A stretch of 64,000 nucleotides of DNA, taken from positions 469,049 through 533,048 of the forward strand of contig JBNGIO010006371.1 in NCBI GenBank assembly GCA_049999805.1, read 5' to 3'. Shown piece after piece: positions 12,248-24,687 of this stretch (positions are counted from its first letter, which is position 1; each line of letters begins with the position of its first letter). The DNA is from Folioceros fuciformis (taxonomy: Eukaryota). The position numbers and the translations under genes were made by a program. Below the pieces are notes generated by a model that saw only the letters and a list, made by a program, of their open reading frames with translations, was not told where the DNA came from and did not search any database.

Positions 12248-14297
12248 ACTAAGTAACGCCCCCTTCCTTATGCAGTGTAAAAGGAAGCAACGTCCTCGAA
12301 TCTTGTCCATTCACTCCGCAGCGCTCCACTTACAGATCATTCACTCCCTCTCACATGACTCAGCACAAGGCTCCAAGTAGCCCCCCGTCCACTGACGACT
12401 CGTAGACCACCTCCTCCAGGTGCTGCTCTTTGTTCAAGATACTTATAAAAGAGTCTGGCGATCTACAACCCACTAGCTACTGCCCTACACTCAATCTAAC
12501 AAGCTTGCTCTTCAAGACCTCCACAACTATGTCTCAAGGCTAGAGGTCTCACTGTTTGCCTCTCTCTCTGTCTTTCTGTCTTTCTATCTCTCTGTGTATG
12601 TTCTTAAGGCCTTAGCACTGGCCTATTTATATTCCACATCTAAGCCATTGCTAAAGTTGGGAATGATACACACCACTCATCTCAGAATACTAGAGGTCAT
12701 TACAACTCCATCCTTCTTAAGAGGTTTTGCTTGGAACACACATCTTGTTTCCAAAGGCAGCAAGAAGCATACTTGCTTCTCCATCAAGACAACTCTAGAT
12801 TTAGCTTTCATCTTTCTACTTTTAACTTTCACCTTATTTCACTTGTGCCATTACTTTTCAAGACTTTGGTGTAAAGCTATGAAGGAAGGAGGAAAACAAT
12901 TCTATAAGTAGTTTAGCAAAAATAATATTTTTGAGCCTAATGGTCTGTTATCAAATTTTCTGAAAGATATTAGGATTGGGAAGGTACCTAGATATTTTTA
13001 TTTAAATTATTTTTTAAAATATTTATAATCCTTAGTATTTAAATACAAGACTTTACAATTAAGAAGAGTTAACCTGCTAGTTTTTTATTCTCATACGAAT
13101 GTACTTAGTTTCACCATTGAGCTAAAGCTCAACTCAGTCCTAGGAAACACTAAGGATAATGGTTTCATGGTTTAGTTGACAGAGAAAAGGAAAGAAAAAA
13201 AGTTATTTATAGCATATTCCAATTAACCTAGTCTATTTTTAAGAAAATAACAAAGCACGACTTAGCTGCTTTAAGCCGTAGATGTGCTTCCTCATCCACC
13301 TAGGACGAATAATGGGGTAGCCGATAATGCTGATAATCATGAGACTGGCTTGACCACCATTTGGCGTGCAACCAAGTCATAGGATTACCGGCAACGACTT
13401 TTCACTTACCGGGAGAAGCATGTCTTGTCTAGTGTTCTCCCGGTAATGTTGTCGAGCTTGGTTTGTCGGCATCAACAGAGCTGGATGGTGGAGACAGTAG
13501 AGAGTCTGGTAACTCTGCCTTGAGTTAAAAAAACCTACGGTGCAGTGAGATGTAAAATAACACCAATCTGTGGCTCTCTTGGTTTGTAGAGGAGCTTCGA
13601 GAGGAGCACAGATATGGCCAATCTCAGCTCCTTGTTGCTTGGAGCGTGTCTCCCAGCCTCGGTGCGGCTCAAAGACGCGGCTCGCTGGAGACAGGTGCAT
13701 GGATGTGGCTCATGGAAACGTGCCCAACATTTGATGAGCAGACTAACCCTGTTCTCCAGTGGCATTGCACTGCTTTCTCGCCAGCAAGTTTGCTGCAGAC
13801 TGGTGAGCGAAGTGTAGTCGAGTACAGTCAGTGCGCCTTACGCGGGATGACAAGGAGGAGGATATTTGACGTAAGGGTAGCCAGCGTTGGACAGAGGGAT
13901 TGTATTCACATCGTGAATGACTTTGGTTGAGGCGGGATGGCACTCCGTTAGTCTCCTGCAGAGTGAGAAAAGAAGTGTCCGAGAGCAGACCGATTACGTC
14001 GAGTGTGGCAGGAGGATTTGCAGATTGAAGACAAAGGAATTAGATTGAGGACAGTGGAACACAGGAGCCCTTGACAAGAGCGATTTTATTCACATCTTAC
14101 AAGTTTACAAGGCAATGAAGAATTCAGGTGCGAATCTTGAGAACGCGTCTCGCTGATCAGTCATCACGGCAATTGGTACCTGCCAGTTGAGAACTGTTCC
14201 GGATCCTCCTAGCAGAGAAAATTGGCAGAGACAAGGCCTCCTGCGCACGCAATCTGCATCTGTACACACAAACACCGCCAGCTTGGAAAGGGAGCGC

Positions 14298-15134
14298 TCA
14301 CTGCTGGATGCGGCGCTTGGCGTCCTCGGCGGTGTTTTGCGCGTTCCGGGACAAGTCGTCCAGGTTAGACTTGACACTGGAGCCGGCCTGGGACGCCTTG
14401 TTCTGCACCTCCTGGCCAGCGTTGGTGATGCTGTCCTTGGCTTGGTCCAGCCCGCCCTTCACCTGGTCCTTGAGGCCCTCAGCCTGCTTGCCCAGCCCGG
14501 ACGCGTTGCTCTGCGCCTCAGACTTGAGGCCCTCGGCGTGGCTCTGGCCCTGAGACAGCGCATCGTCGGTGCGGGAGCGCAGCTCCTGACCCGCGCCCTG
14601 CGCCTGATTCTTGGCCTCCCCAGACTTGCCTTGCACGAAATCACTCGCCTGCTGTGCCGCTCCCTTCACCTGGCCCTTGAGGCCCTCGGCCTGCTCTCCC
14701 AGCCCGGACGCGTTCCTCTGCGCCTCGGACTTGAGGCCCTCGGCCTGGCTCTGTCCCTGCGACAGCACGTCGTCGGTGCGGGAGCGCAGCTCCTGCCCCG
14801 CGCCCTGCGCCTGGTTCTTGGCCTCACCAGACTTGCCTTGCACGAAATCGCTCGCCTGCTGCGCCGCTCCCTTCACCTTGTCGCTCACATTTCCGACCGC
14901 GTCCTGCGCCTTGTCGAGAATGCCGCTCGGATCGTCCTCGCAGCGCACCAGCACGGTCGGCGCCCGGCGAGCGGCGGGGCCAGCCCCCCGCTGCCGCAAC
15001 CGCAGCCCCGCCAGACTCGCGCTCGAACTCTGCAGCCGCGCGCTTCCGCTGGCGGTCACCGCGGGCGAGCGCACCGACAATGCGGACGGGGCGGCGACAG
15101 CGGACGCCATTGCTGCCATACTCGTAGCGGCCAT
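14298..15134 (-). CDS. LEA-like hydrophilic protein with predicted chloroplast transit peptide (278 aa, intronless)
   Basis: Ala/Ser/Arg-rich N-terminus ending VLVRC-E. The mature part is rich in A/Q/K/G/D/E, has no Trp, and contains a 69-aa tandem duplication. Confidence 0.8.
   Translation of the reverse strand: MAATSMAAMASAVAAPSALSVRSPAVTASGSARLQSSSASLAGLRLRQRGAGPAARRAPTVLVRCEDDPSGILDKAQDAVGNVSDKVKGAAQQASDFVQGKSGEAKNQAQGAGQELRSRTDDVLSQGQSQAEGLKSEAQRNASGLGEQAEGLKGQVKGAAQQASDFVQGKSGEAKNQAQGAGQELRSRTDDALSQGQSHAEGLKSEAQSNASGLGKQAEGLKDQVKGGLDQAKDSITNAGQEVQNKASQAGSSVKSNLDDLSRNAQNTAEDAKRRIQQ
14455..14878. repeat. 207-bp coding tandem duplication in the LEA-like gene
   Basis: GACTTGCCTTGCACGAAA occurs at 14623 and 14830; the protein unit VKGAAQQASDFVQGKSGEAKNQAQGAGQELRSRTDD... 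occurs twice. Confidence 0.92.
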
Positions 15135-17216
15135 ATCTGGGAACGAAGAAATGTGCGAGACGGACACGCCTTGTCGCAGCGAGAGCAGCACTGAAGCCTC
15201 AACCGGAGGCTGAAGGAGACAGAAGAAATTGTTCGAGTGCTGAAGCCGAAGCCGAAGCCGAATGCGAAGCTGAAGGAGACAGAAGAGAACGCTCGAGACC
15301 TGAAGGACCTGGGATGCCTGAACTGCCGCGGGAACGGCTTATCTACCCCGCCCGAGAGCTGATAACGGGTTGGGAGTGAAAAGCCAAGTAGGGAGGGGAC
15401 AAGTGCCATATTGTCGTGGCCGGCTCTCATTGCCCCTCGTGTCACCTCGCCTCTCTGCCCTCCATGCATGCATCTGCCGCTGGGCTGCCCTCTCGCGCCT
15501 GCCTTTGGACCAGCTCCAGGGATGCATAGTACTCTTGCCTTTCGTTTGTGCGGTGTTCAATCCATGGCAGACACGCAGCAAACTGGCCCAGACATCGCGG
15601 GCCTGGGGACACACTTAATTTGCTGAATCCAGTTCTAAGGTTTCAGTTTAACATGAGCATGAACTCATGCTATGACCATTTTGCTTATGGCATGCAGTAT
15701 GCCATATATAGCTCGTAAATTGCACCGGAGATGTTTTGAACTTCATGTAGTCCATGTTTTGAACTTCATGCACCCCATGTTTCGAACATCAAATTGTAAC
15801 TTGCAAGGGCAGCTAAGGTGGAGATTGAAGATCTTCCCTACTGTTGGGAGGTACAAGACCCACCGCGTGGCTTGTTCAACACTTGAAAGTTTTCATCCTA
15901 AGGATTACATGCCCCTATCTCTAGATTTGGCATTATTCCATGGAATAGGATGTTAGGCTTAGTGTTAGGAGAAGGCAAGAATGTGCACTTCCCCACATAC
16001 TTTTGGAAGGAGATGGATAAGAAGCTAGCTACCTCCTCCTACAACAACTGTAAAACTAACTTTTGGGCTTACTTATGGCACACAAAATACTAGTATGCAT
16101 TTAAGAAAGTTGATGATCTTCATGATGATAATGAATCAAACAGGCTTCAAGTAGTGTAGGACAATGGAAAGCCAAGATCTAGAGAGGTCAGAGTTATACT
16201 TTAATGTGAAAGAGCTTGCTATTTGCACATAAGTAATAGTTGTCTTCTGTGATTCATTTGAACATGAAGACGGATTTGGACAAATCTATGAGGAACTTCA
16301 TCACATTGTAGGCGTCCCTTGCTTCAGGTTTGCTGCCCATTTAAGTGAGGACATCTGTGCCATTGTGAGACAACACTTATTTGTTAGTGTAACAAAGAGG
16401 AAGATATACTTCAAGCATGTGGAGCAAGTAGGATTGAAAGCACAAGCTTGTGATTATGAACATTATCATGTATTGGTCGGGTAGAGCGTGGATGAGATGC
16501 AACCAGTGGCCTGGGTTTCACAACACCATTGCGAATGTCCACCTTCATGGATTGGATATGGTACATAGAGAGAAAGTCGTTGGCAAGGGGATCCAAGGGA
16601 ATGAAATGTGATTTGGATTGGAAATTGGATGGATGTATAAGCTCACTTGGACAAGAAACAAAAATGAGATACAGAGAAACATGTCACTAAAATTGAACAT
16701 CAATCTCGTAGACAACAAGACATTGGACTTCTATGTGGCCAAGGCCGATGAAGATATTTGGATGTTTGTGGACGAGATTTCTAAAAAGTGGGAATGCAAG
16801 TAGTTCCCAAAGCAAGTTGAAACAACTTGGGCTTTAGTTGCAAAGCAAGCAAAGACCCATGACGGGTGCATTAACTAGAGACCTCGGTCATTGTAGAAGT
16901 GAAGGAGTCAGAAATTCCCATTAGAGTATAAAAGAGGTTTAGGGTGTTAATATTTTATTATACTTTAAAAACTTAAGGGCATTAGTTCTAGTGAGCACCC
17001 TCACCGTTCATAATTTATTGTACCTTAGAAACTTAAGTTGATCCGTCAAAGTGTATAAGCACATAATGCTCACACGGTATGTGAAACGGGCCAGTGATCA
17101 ATACTTCCTGCCACCGACATCCAGGGCATATATAAACCCGCCCTTAGCCTCCGCTTGCCTACACGACAATAATAATGACGGACCATTTAAGGGGATACGA
17201 CATCACCTTCCTCATC

Positions 17217-18550
17217 TTATGATTTCCGCGCTTCGAGGACATGCAGGACAAGGCCAATATCTAGGATGTCCAGTCTGGTGAAGCCCGCTTCGGCGAAGAG
17301 CTGCCGCCACTGCCATTCTTCCCGCTCCCGGCCGCCCTCCGAGTGTGCGATCATGACGAGATCCATTTCTTCTGCCAGCTTCGCTCGAACGCTGAAGTTG
17401 TTGTTGTTTGGCTCCAAAATGAATTCCATCACAACGAGCTTGCCGTCATCTGGCAAAGCTTTGTGGCAGTTCTTCAAGATGTGGATGCACTTCTCATCGT
17501 CCCAGTCATGGAGAACAAACTGCACACACCATACCACAGAACACCTGCGTGTCGGAGTAAGAAAGGGTTTAGGCAATGTAAAAAGCGAGCTGTGGAAGGC
17601 AGTGAAGAGGTAGCGAGCTAGCTACCTTCATGAAAATAGCCTCGGAATGAGGGACGCTTTCGAACATATCCCCTCCGATATGTTGGACTCCTGCACACCA
17701 CAGCACTCACCAGGATTGTTAGGGAACTTGTACCACTTGGAGATCGTTGTTCTGGCCAGCGAGTGAAATTTATCATTGCACGGGAGCGGAGCTAGGTGTA
17801 AGAAGCGTGTGTACCAGGGATCTCTGGTGCTGAAGCTACAACAGGAGGCAAATCGAAATTGATACCACGAAGGTGAGGGTAGCGCGGCAGAATGATAGAC
17901 AGGGATGTTCCTAACCCTCCTCCAACATCCGTGAGACTTTCCTTCACGTCCTTGAACAAGGAATCACAATTGTTCAGTGCGGAGGACAGCATAACCCGAG
18001 AACCAGCCTCCATGGCCTGGTGAAACAGCTTCTGGTGCGCAGGCTCCTCGGACACATGCTCCCATACGTTCTTGGCATGCGTCAGACTGTAGGCGTATTC
18101 GCCTGTCAAGACAGAACGATGGAGATTCTTCCATGGTGCCTGGAAATGAGAATCGAGCTGCATTATAATCACTGGAGAAAAGTTGGCGTTGCCCTTGGAC
18201 ACGAGGAGCTTTGACACTGTATTCAGACCATAGCGTAAAGCCTGTCTCCCATCTCCGCTGGAAACACGGGCATCAGGAGCTGGCGTAGCAGAGAAAACTC
18301 CCGCGGACACCAGCACTCGGAGAATCCGCGCTAAGAATCCCGCACTCGGCTTCTTCCCATCCCTCGCCTCGTCGCCTGTGATCTCGTTCAGAATTTCGTC
18401 GCAAGACAACGGTCTATCAGCCTCAGCTAGTATGTCTGGTACCCGCAGCAGTGTGGCAGCCTTCAGTGCTGCCGGCTGTACAAACTGGAAGGTAAGCTCC
18501 AGAAGGCGGACCTGTCCTGCAATCGAGACGTCAGGACTTTCTTCATCCAT
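17217..18550 (-). CDS. Class II SAM-dependent O-methyltransferase (COMT-like), 3 exons
   Basis: Exons 18550-17815, 17690-17626, 17519-17217. Motifs LTDVGGGLG, INFDLPPVV, GGDMFES, K|FVLHDWDDEKC, GGRER, plus an N-terminal dimerisation domain. Confidence 0.93.
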
Positions 18551-19628
18551 GGCAGCAGAGCTGCAAGCTTACGAATTGCAAGACATGTAGACGAGAGAGG
18601 GCATAAGGTTTTCCATGGAACGTATGTGTGCTTCGGACAATCCTACAACAAGATGGCCCACAAAGCCCATTGTGTCTTCATGCTATTGGTCCCTTGACTT
18701 CCCCCCCAAGTTGGCTTGACCCTCCCAGCCAAGTTCGCCGGCAGGACCATGGCTTTCCCTTCTAGAAGACGCTCCCGAATTATATACCTTTATCGCAAAA
18801 AATCTGTTCTTTAGGCATGTGAGATGGGAGCTGAAGCTTCACCAGGGACCGCTCCTGGCCTATCCTGCAGAAAGCTCACTTCGTACACTAACGCAGGATA
18901 GTACGCCGGTGAGGTTCCCTATGTAAGGAGATGATGATCTATCGCTGGCAAATGTGTGGATGCAAAGTAATACAACTGGTCAGTACTTGGAGCTACATAG
19001 CATATCAGCCATAGCCACACTTCTAATACTCCCGCTCGACCTATCTAAATCAATCCTTCAAGCCAAGCATCTTGCAAAACTTAGCATTCAATCCTTTAAT
19101 CAAAACATTAGCCGGGCCTATCTTGTTGTGGACAATACTCTAGCTTCACCTCTGATTTCAAGATGCTGATGCCGTAACTATGCCCACCGTTCCCGGAAAA
19201 GGCATCCTCGAGAATTGCAAGGTAGGACAATCGCTCAGCTCTATCCGGGTCCGCTTCCTCGTGTGAAGGGTTTTTTTATAGAGCACGAATGTCAGGCTGC
19301 GTGGGAGAAGACGAACACGTACATATATATGTGAAGGTCGGTGACAAATTAAGAATACGCTGTCATTTTATTTTGTGAGGCACCTAAAGGCGGCGCCGTT
19401 CAAATTTGTTGAAACAGGGGACACTGGAGATGGGACGTGACACGCGGAGTGTTGGTAGATTTCCTTTGCCCGTGCTCTGATGCAGATGCTGTCCTTGAGA
19501 CAGACAGGCGAGGATAGGGTGGGGTACGTCATACCTGGGCAAGCGAACGAATTTTGCGGACTGTTGGGGGCAACCAATCCATCCATCCTGAAAACATTGT
19601 GCCGTGAGTTGGAATTGCACCTGCGATC

Positions 19629-20945
19629 ATGGCTCGACCAGCCTCCAACTTGGTGAGGGAATTGACAAGCGTTGGCAAGCCGTTCAAGTCCGTGGCGGAC
19701 CTGAGTGACCTGGTGAGGAGGGTGAAGAGTGCCAAAATCGTGATGCTCGGAGAGGCGTCTCATGGCACACACGAATTCTACGAGTGGCGGCGTCTCATCT
19801 CACAGGAACTCATGGAAAAGCATGGATTCAACTTCATCGCTGTTTGAGGGAGATTGGCCTCCATCGCAACGCGTGAATCGATTCATCCACATGGAGCTGG
19901 ATCAAGATCTCAACCTCCATACCAAGGACCCGCTTTTCAAGCACAGAGTGCATGAAGTGCTTCGTTGTTTCAAGTAGGTTGTGGTTTTCTGTAGTACGGG
20001 CTACGGTACGTGTGCCGCGTTTTCTGCTTCTGCCTTTGTTGGACCCTTACAGATTCGCGAAGAAGGCCGGGTTTCATTTGGCGCTTCATGATCGGAAAAG
20101 GATGTCTCTGGAACAATGATCAACTTGAAGGCTGGCTTTGGATTTGCAGGAGATGGCCGACATGGATGTGGTGTAATTTAGAGGTGGAGGAGTTGGTGAG
20201 GTGGATGAGGATACACAATCTGAAAGTAGACAATCCTGGGACGCGAGTGGGATTCTACGGCTTGGATGTCTATTCCCTGTTCGAATCCATCAAGGAAGCT
20301 TTGACGCAACTGGAGAAGGTGGATCCAGGCTTGGCCAGGAAGGCGAAGCTGCGGTACGCCTGCTTCGATCCTTTTCTGGAGGACGAGAACGAGTACGCCA
20401 GGTCGTTGATTTTCTTCCCAGAGGGATGCAGGGAGGGGGTGGTGAGGACGTTGCAGGAGCTGCTGCAGAAGCGGCTCGACAGCATCGAGCCTGCCAAGCA
20501 CGGCGCCTTCTTTGATGCCGTACAGAATGCTCGGATTGTGCAGAACGCGGAGAGCTACTACCGGTGCATGATTCAGGCTGACGACAAGTCGTGGAATGTG
20601 CACTCAACTCATGGAGATCTTGAGATCTTGCCTGTGCCGCCGGGTCGGCCTGGGAGCTGGGAAGCAGAGTTTCATGCCGTAGCGATGAAGATGGAGTCGG
20701 AGGCTGTGGCCTTCTCATTTGAGCCTAACAAGCACGAGAAAGGGCCGTTGGTGGAGGTGAGGGGTAATAGGGCCATCGGTGTGGTGTACAATCCTGTACA
20801 GGAGAAGTGGGGCAATTATGTGCCCACATCCTTGGCCAACAGATACAATGCAATGCTGTTTGTGGATGTGACAGTCGCTCTAGAACCTCTACCTGCGGAA
20901 CCCGAGCCCAAAGAGATACCTGAGGCCTATCCTACGGGCTTCTAG
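19629..20945 (+). pseudogene. Erythromycin-esterase (EreA/EreB-like) family gene, bacterial type, one intron; disrupted as assembled
   Basis: Motifs IVMLGEASHGTHEFYEWR, GFNFIAV/EGDWP, RWPTWMWCN, GFYGLDVYSL, ARIVQNAESYYR, SWNV, RAIGVVYNP, NYVPTSLANRY. GT-AG intron 19974-20149. An extra T at 19843-19845 breaks AVEGDW, and the segment expected between SWNV and VPPGRPGSWE is missing. Confidence 0.8.
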
Positions 20946-21644
20946 GGGCCTCAAGACTAGCTAACTTGGTAGCGAGCCTGACTTGGTAGCGAACTCTTGC
21001 TAGATTTCGCTTTGCTTGACCCACGCGACGTCATGGAACATTGAGAACAGCTGGACTTGGTTCCAAACCCTAGCTGTCGCTGAAAGAGGAGTATGGATTT
21101 CATGAGGGTTCTGAGCTGTTCAGTATCCTGGCTTTAAGAATCGAACTCAAACAGGACGTTGATGGAGATCCAAGTCTTCGGACGAGTCTTGTGGGCCTCG
21201 ATGTGCAAGCCTTTAGAGGATGATCTAACTGCATCGGTGTCCGAGCCAATAGAAAATGATCGAACTCCATCAATGTCCGATCATTTAGAAGACAGCACTT
21301 CCCACCTTCAAGAGGTCCTGGTAAAAAATTGGTGGTTACGCACGCAAAAATGAAAACTTTGTACATGGTCAAGAGCCTTCCTCAACAACCAGAATAATCC
21401 TAAATACTTCACTACGGAGATATATACTTAGGATGTAGGGAAATAAAAAAATCCATTGCAATTTACTGATAGTTAAGCATAGGCATCTGGCTCGGGATAC
21501 CAGCCAACCCCTGCATACTAGCATGAAGGTGGTCAGGCCGGAGGTGACGACGGTCAAATGCAAGTCACACGAGTCCTTGCGGCGAGCCCATCGACCAAAC
21601 CAGATACAAACGCTGCATTTTTCTTCTTCTGTACATGCGACGCC

Positions 21645-23821
21645 TCAAAGCCAGATATCTGACGTGCAGTCGCCCCCTGGATACCGAACCTCGTGAGCCA
21701 GAGAAGGACCATGGGGTTCCTTGGAGAAGTCAACGAAGAAGTCCTGGTTGATGGAGAGACCACCCTTCTCTGTGTCCACATCGAGCTGTAGCATGTGGGA
21801 GCCACCTTTCACCAGGCTAGGGTAAAACTGATTATCCCAGGCACTGAACAAGGAGTTTGTCACATACAGCCGCTTGCCGTCCAGACTGAGCTGGATCATC
21901 TGAGGCCCACCCCGGAGTTTATTTCCCTGCATCCGAAGACATTCAGCCCTGACACGTTAAGAAAAAAACCAGCATTCTAAACTAATAAACTTGACGGACA
22001 ACTACTGTGGACCTCGTAAAAAATGGAATGGCATCCACTGGGAGGTGCAAGAGGGTTCTCATTCAAACCTGAACCTCCGGGACGGTGGACTGCCAGAGCT
22101 CCCCGTTTTCCTTCTCCACAAACACGTCACCGCCCTTCTGGAGGAGCCCACCGACCCAGATCTGTCCGGCCAAGAACGGTTTGGATGGGTTTTCAATGTT
22201 GTATTGGCGGATATCACCATGAAGCCAGTCAACCAAATACAGATAACGGTCATCCAGTGAGATGACAAAATCGGTGATGAGAGCGGGCATCTCCGGGAGC
22301 AGCCAGTTTGTAACCTTTAAGTTGGGAATCGACAGAACAACCTGTGACAGTAGCAGAAGACAGGACGAGGAATGTAAGTCTCGACAATGCTATAACCGTG
22401 ACTGGCCCAGTACAAGTTGCTAACTCTATGCTGACAGTAAAGCACATCATGCCTCTTTAACTTCTGGCCAGCGTCATACCTCATGATCCCAAACACCATC
22501 ACCCTTGTGGAAAAACCTGATCAAGTTACCGCACAATGCCCCCGCCACAAACCCCGTGTCTTTGCTCGGGTCGTGCAGAAAGCGCACCTATTCACAAACG
22601 AAGAGCTCAGGACTACCACAAACCAACACCCGGGAAAAAAAAAACTTGTGCTTAGCTTTCAGCAAGTTCGAAGAAACATACCTCCAATGGTATGAGCCCA
22701 GGGAGTCCCAAATCCAAGGTTTGCCTAAGGGTCCCTTCAGGCCAGTCGTAAACAAACAAATGTCTCCCGTACAGGCCTTCAGCAACATGTGCAGGGTTGA
22801 ATCCCTTAACAAAGGCTGAGGGTGCGCCCCAGGAAGAGCTGATCATCGTCTTGTGACGAGGCTGATACCAGAAGTCGTAGCCAAAAGCTGGACTGTGTCC
22901 TGGCTTCTCCCACCTGCCAGAAAACATAATAAGACATCCCACATTGAGAATAGGGTTGAAGCAGAGGCAAATCTCCTCACGGCATGCGAACGCAGTCGCC
23001 CTACCTTCCTTTCACGTTGAACTTGGAGTCCAGCAACAGAAACCCTGCACCTTCTGCCTTACCCTCCGGATCTCCAAGGCAAGACACCAAGATATCCCCC
23101 GATCCCAAGCAATGGGAAGTATGGGGAAACGCCAGGCCTGTCTTGCTAGCAATATCTTCCGGTTCAACAATCTTGTGCACAACAGGCGCTTTGGGATCCT
23201 TTGTATCAATAATATAAATCCGCGAAGAGCTAATAAAAAAAAAAAAACAAGCATTCCAAATTTAGCCTCCGAACCTGTCAGACCAGACAAACCGTGGCAA
23301 AACCAGCAACGAGTGTCCTTCCACGTACACGAGGCTAGGCAGCACCAAGAACCGCCTTTGAGCAGAGGCGTCGTCGTAGCAAGAACTGCACGCGTTCCAC
23401 CCCGTATGATGCAGCTCGTCATTCAAGTACTTCACGGGAGTTCGATGGATAACCTGCGAATAAGTCGCCGACTCGGGATCGGCATCTACCGTCGCCAGGT
23501 AATCCGGCTGCTCTATACCCGTCCCTACGAAGAGGAACAAAGGCATCCAAAATATTAAGAAAACACCTTCCCCCGCCCCGGCACTGGCCCGGTCCTGGCC
23601 ATTCACCACTTGCTCCCAACCCGACTTCTCCCACACTCGAGTCACTCACTCACGCACGCACTCACTCACTCACCGGCGTACACAGCCGTGACGTAGAGTA
23701 TGGTCTCCCGCGGCCCGCGCATAGCGTCCAAGGGAGTCGCATACCCGGGCCCGGCATCTGGGCAGCAGCTGCCGGGATGTCCCTCCTCAACCTTCCCATT
23801 TGACCCGCCGTTCTCCGCCAT
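21645..23821 (-). CDS. SBP1: Selenium-binding protein SBP56 / methanethiol oxidase homolog, 7 exons
   Basis: Exons 23821-23674, 23524-23329, 23229-23005, 22913-22682, 22587-22480, 22341-22069, 21926-21645. Motifs [60 protein letters not shown]. Confidence 0.95.
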
Positions 23822-24687
23822 AGCTCCGGATTCTGAAAGCCACAAGACAGGAGCAAGCCCGCTCAAAACCTCACCAGGCCTTCTCCGCACAAACACTCCA
23901 CAGCCAGAGAGCACGAGACTGAGAAAGAAATTTCCTTCCTCAGAATTCCCCCCTGCCAAATTCCAATTCCCTCGATGCCTGCAGAGCCCTCACCTGTGCG
24001 CGCGGGAATCCGCGCCGGCGCAGACAGAGAAAAGAAGCGCTTCGCTGCAGCCAAAGATCCCTCCGCCGCCGCGATGTCCTGTCGCACCTCCCCGCCTCGT
24101 CCCAGGCGTCACGAGAGTTTCCACGGACACCAGCTGACTTGGACTCGTCGTTTGTATTCCAGCTCTTCGGTACAGAGCACCTGGCCCAGTTCGAGGTCTT
24201 GGGATCCCCCGAAGTCATCGGAAAAGCGCAACTGCGGTCTACTTAACCGCAGAGCGGGGTTACCGAACTGGCAAACGACCATGTGTGGTTCGGGTGTGGA
24301 TCACGGATTTATCCCATCTTTCTTTCATAATAAACCCTGCATCTGGATTAGGTCTAATGGTGGTTCCCTTAATCTTGATGTCAATGGATTTATCCCATCT
24401 TTCTTTCATAATGAAGTCTATATCTCGATTAGGTTATGTATACTGAGATGGATGTGGATTTATTTATCTATTTATTTGACGACGTATATTGAGATGGATG
24501 TGAATTAATTCATTTATTTATTCGAAGTTCATTAACGTTATTTGATCAGTTTTGAGTTATCAATTTTATTGACATGAATGCTTCATTGGAGATAAGAATA
24601 TCAATATTTGAAGGTATTAGTTATTTATTTTTGTACATTCTGTATTGAAGCGTTTTAATATTCCATGATATTTCCTTCAAATTTGCG

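Larger units (their letters stand above)
9563..12900 (-). mobile_element. Degenerate, internally deleted Ty3/gypsy LTR retrotransposon
   Basis: Minus strand in order: LTR-like sequence above ~12253 (outer boundary approximate), PBS at 12236-12247, gag (QTGIVREYVSAF...KLRCFMVGLK, 11398-11694), frameshifted zinc knuckle (CGEPGHYVNECP, ~11162-11205), protease (MLLDLAATHNFIS, ~10905-10945), pre-RT linker (APYRL), RT-thumb remnant EEIDFLG...MDPDMVKAI (~10130-10242). Many stops. Confidence 0.85.

Noticed and set aside
14187-15194. 335-aa plus-strand ORF and 200-aa ORF antisense to the LEA-like gene
   Set aside because: Shadow ORFs from GC-rich repetitive codons; Leu/Ala/Arg mirror composition.
15950-16960. 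Possible copia-like relic
   Set aside because: Only vague resemblance; no clear RT, integrase or RNaseH motif.
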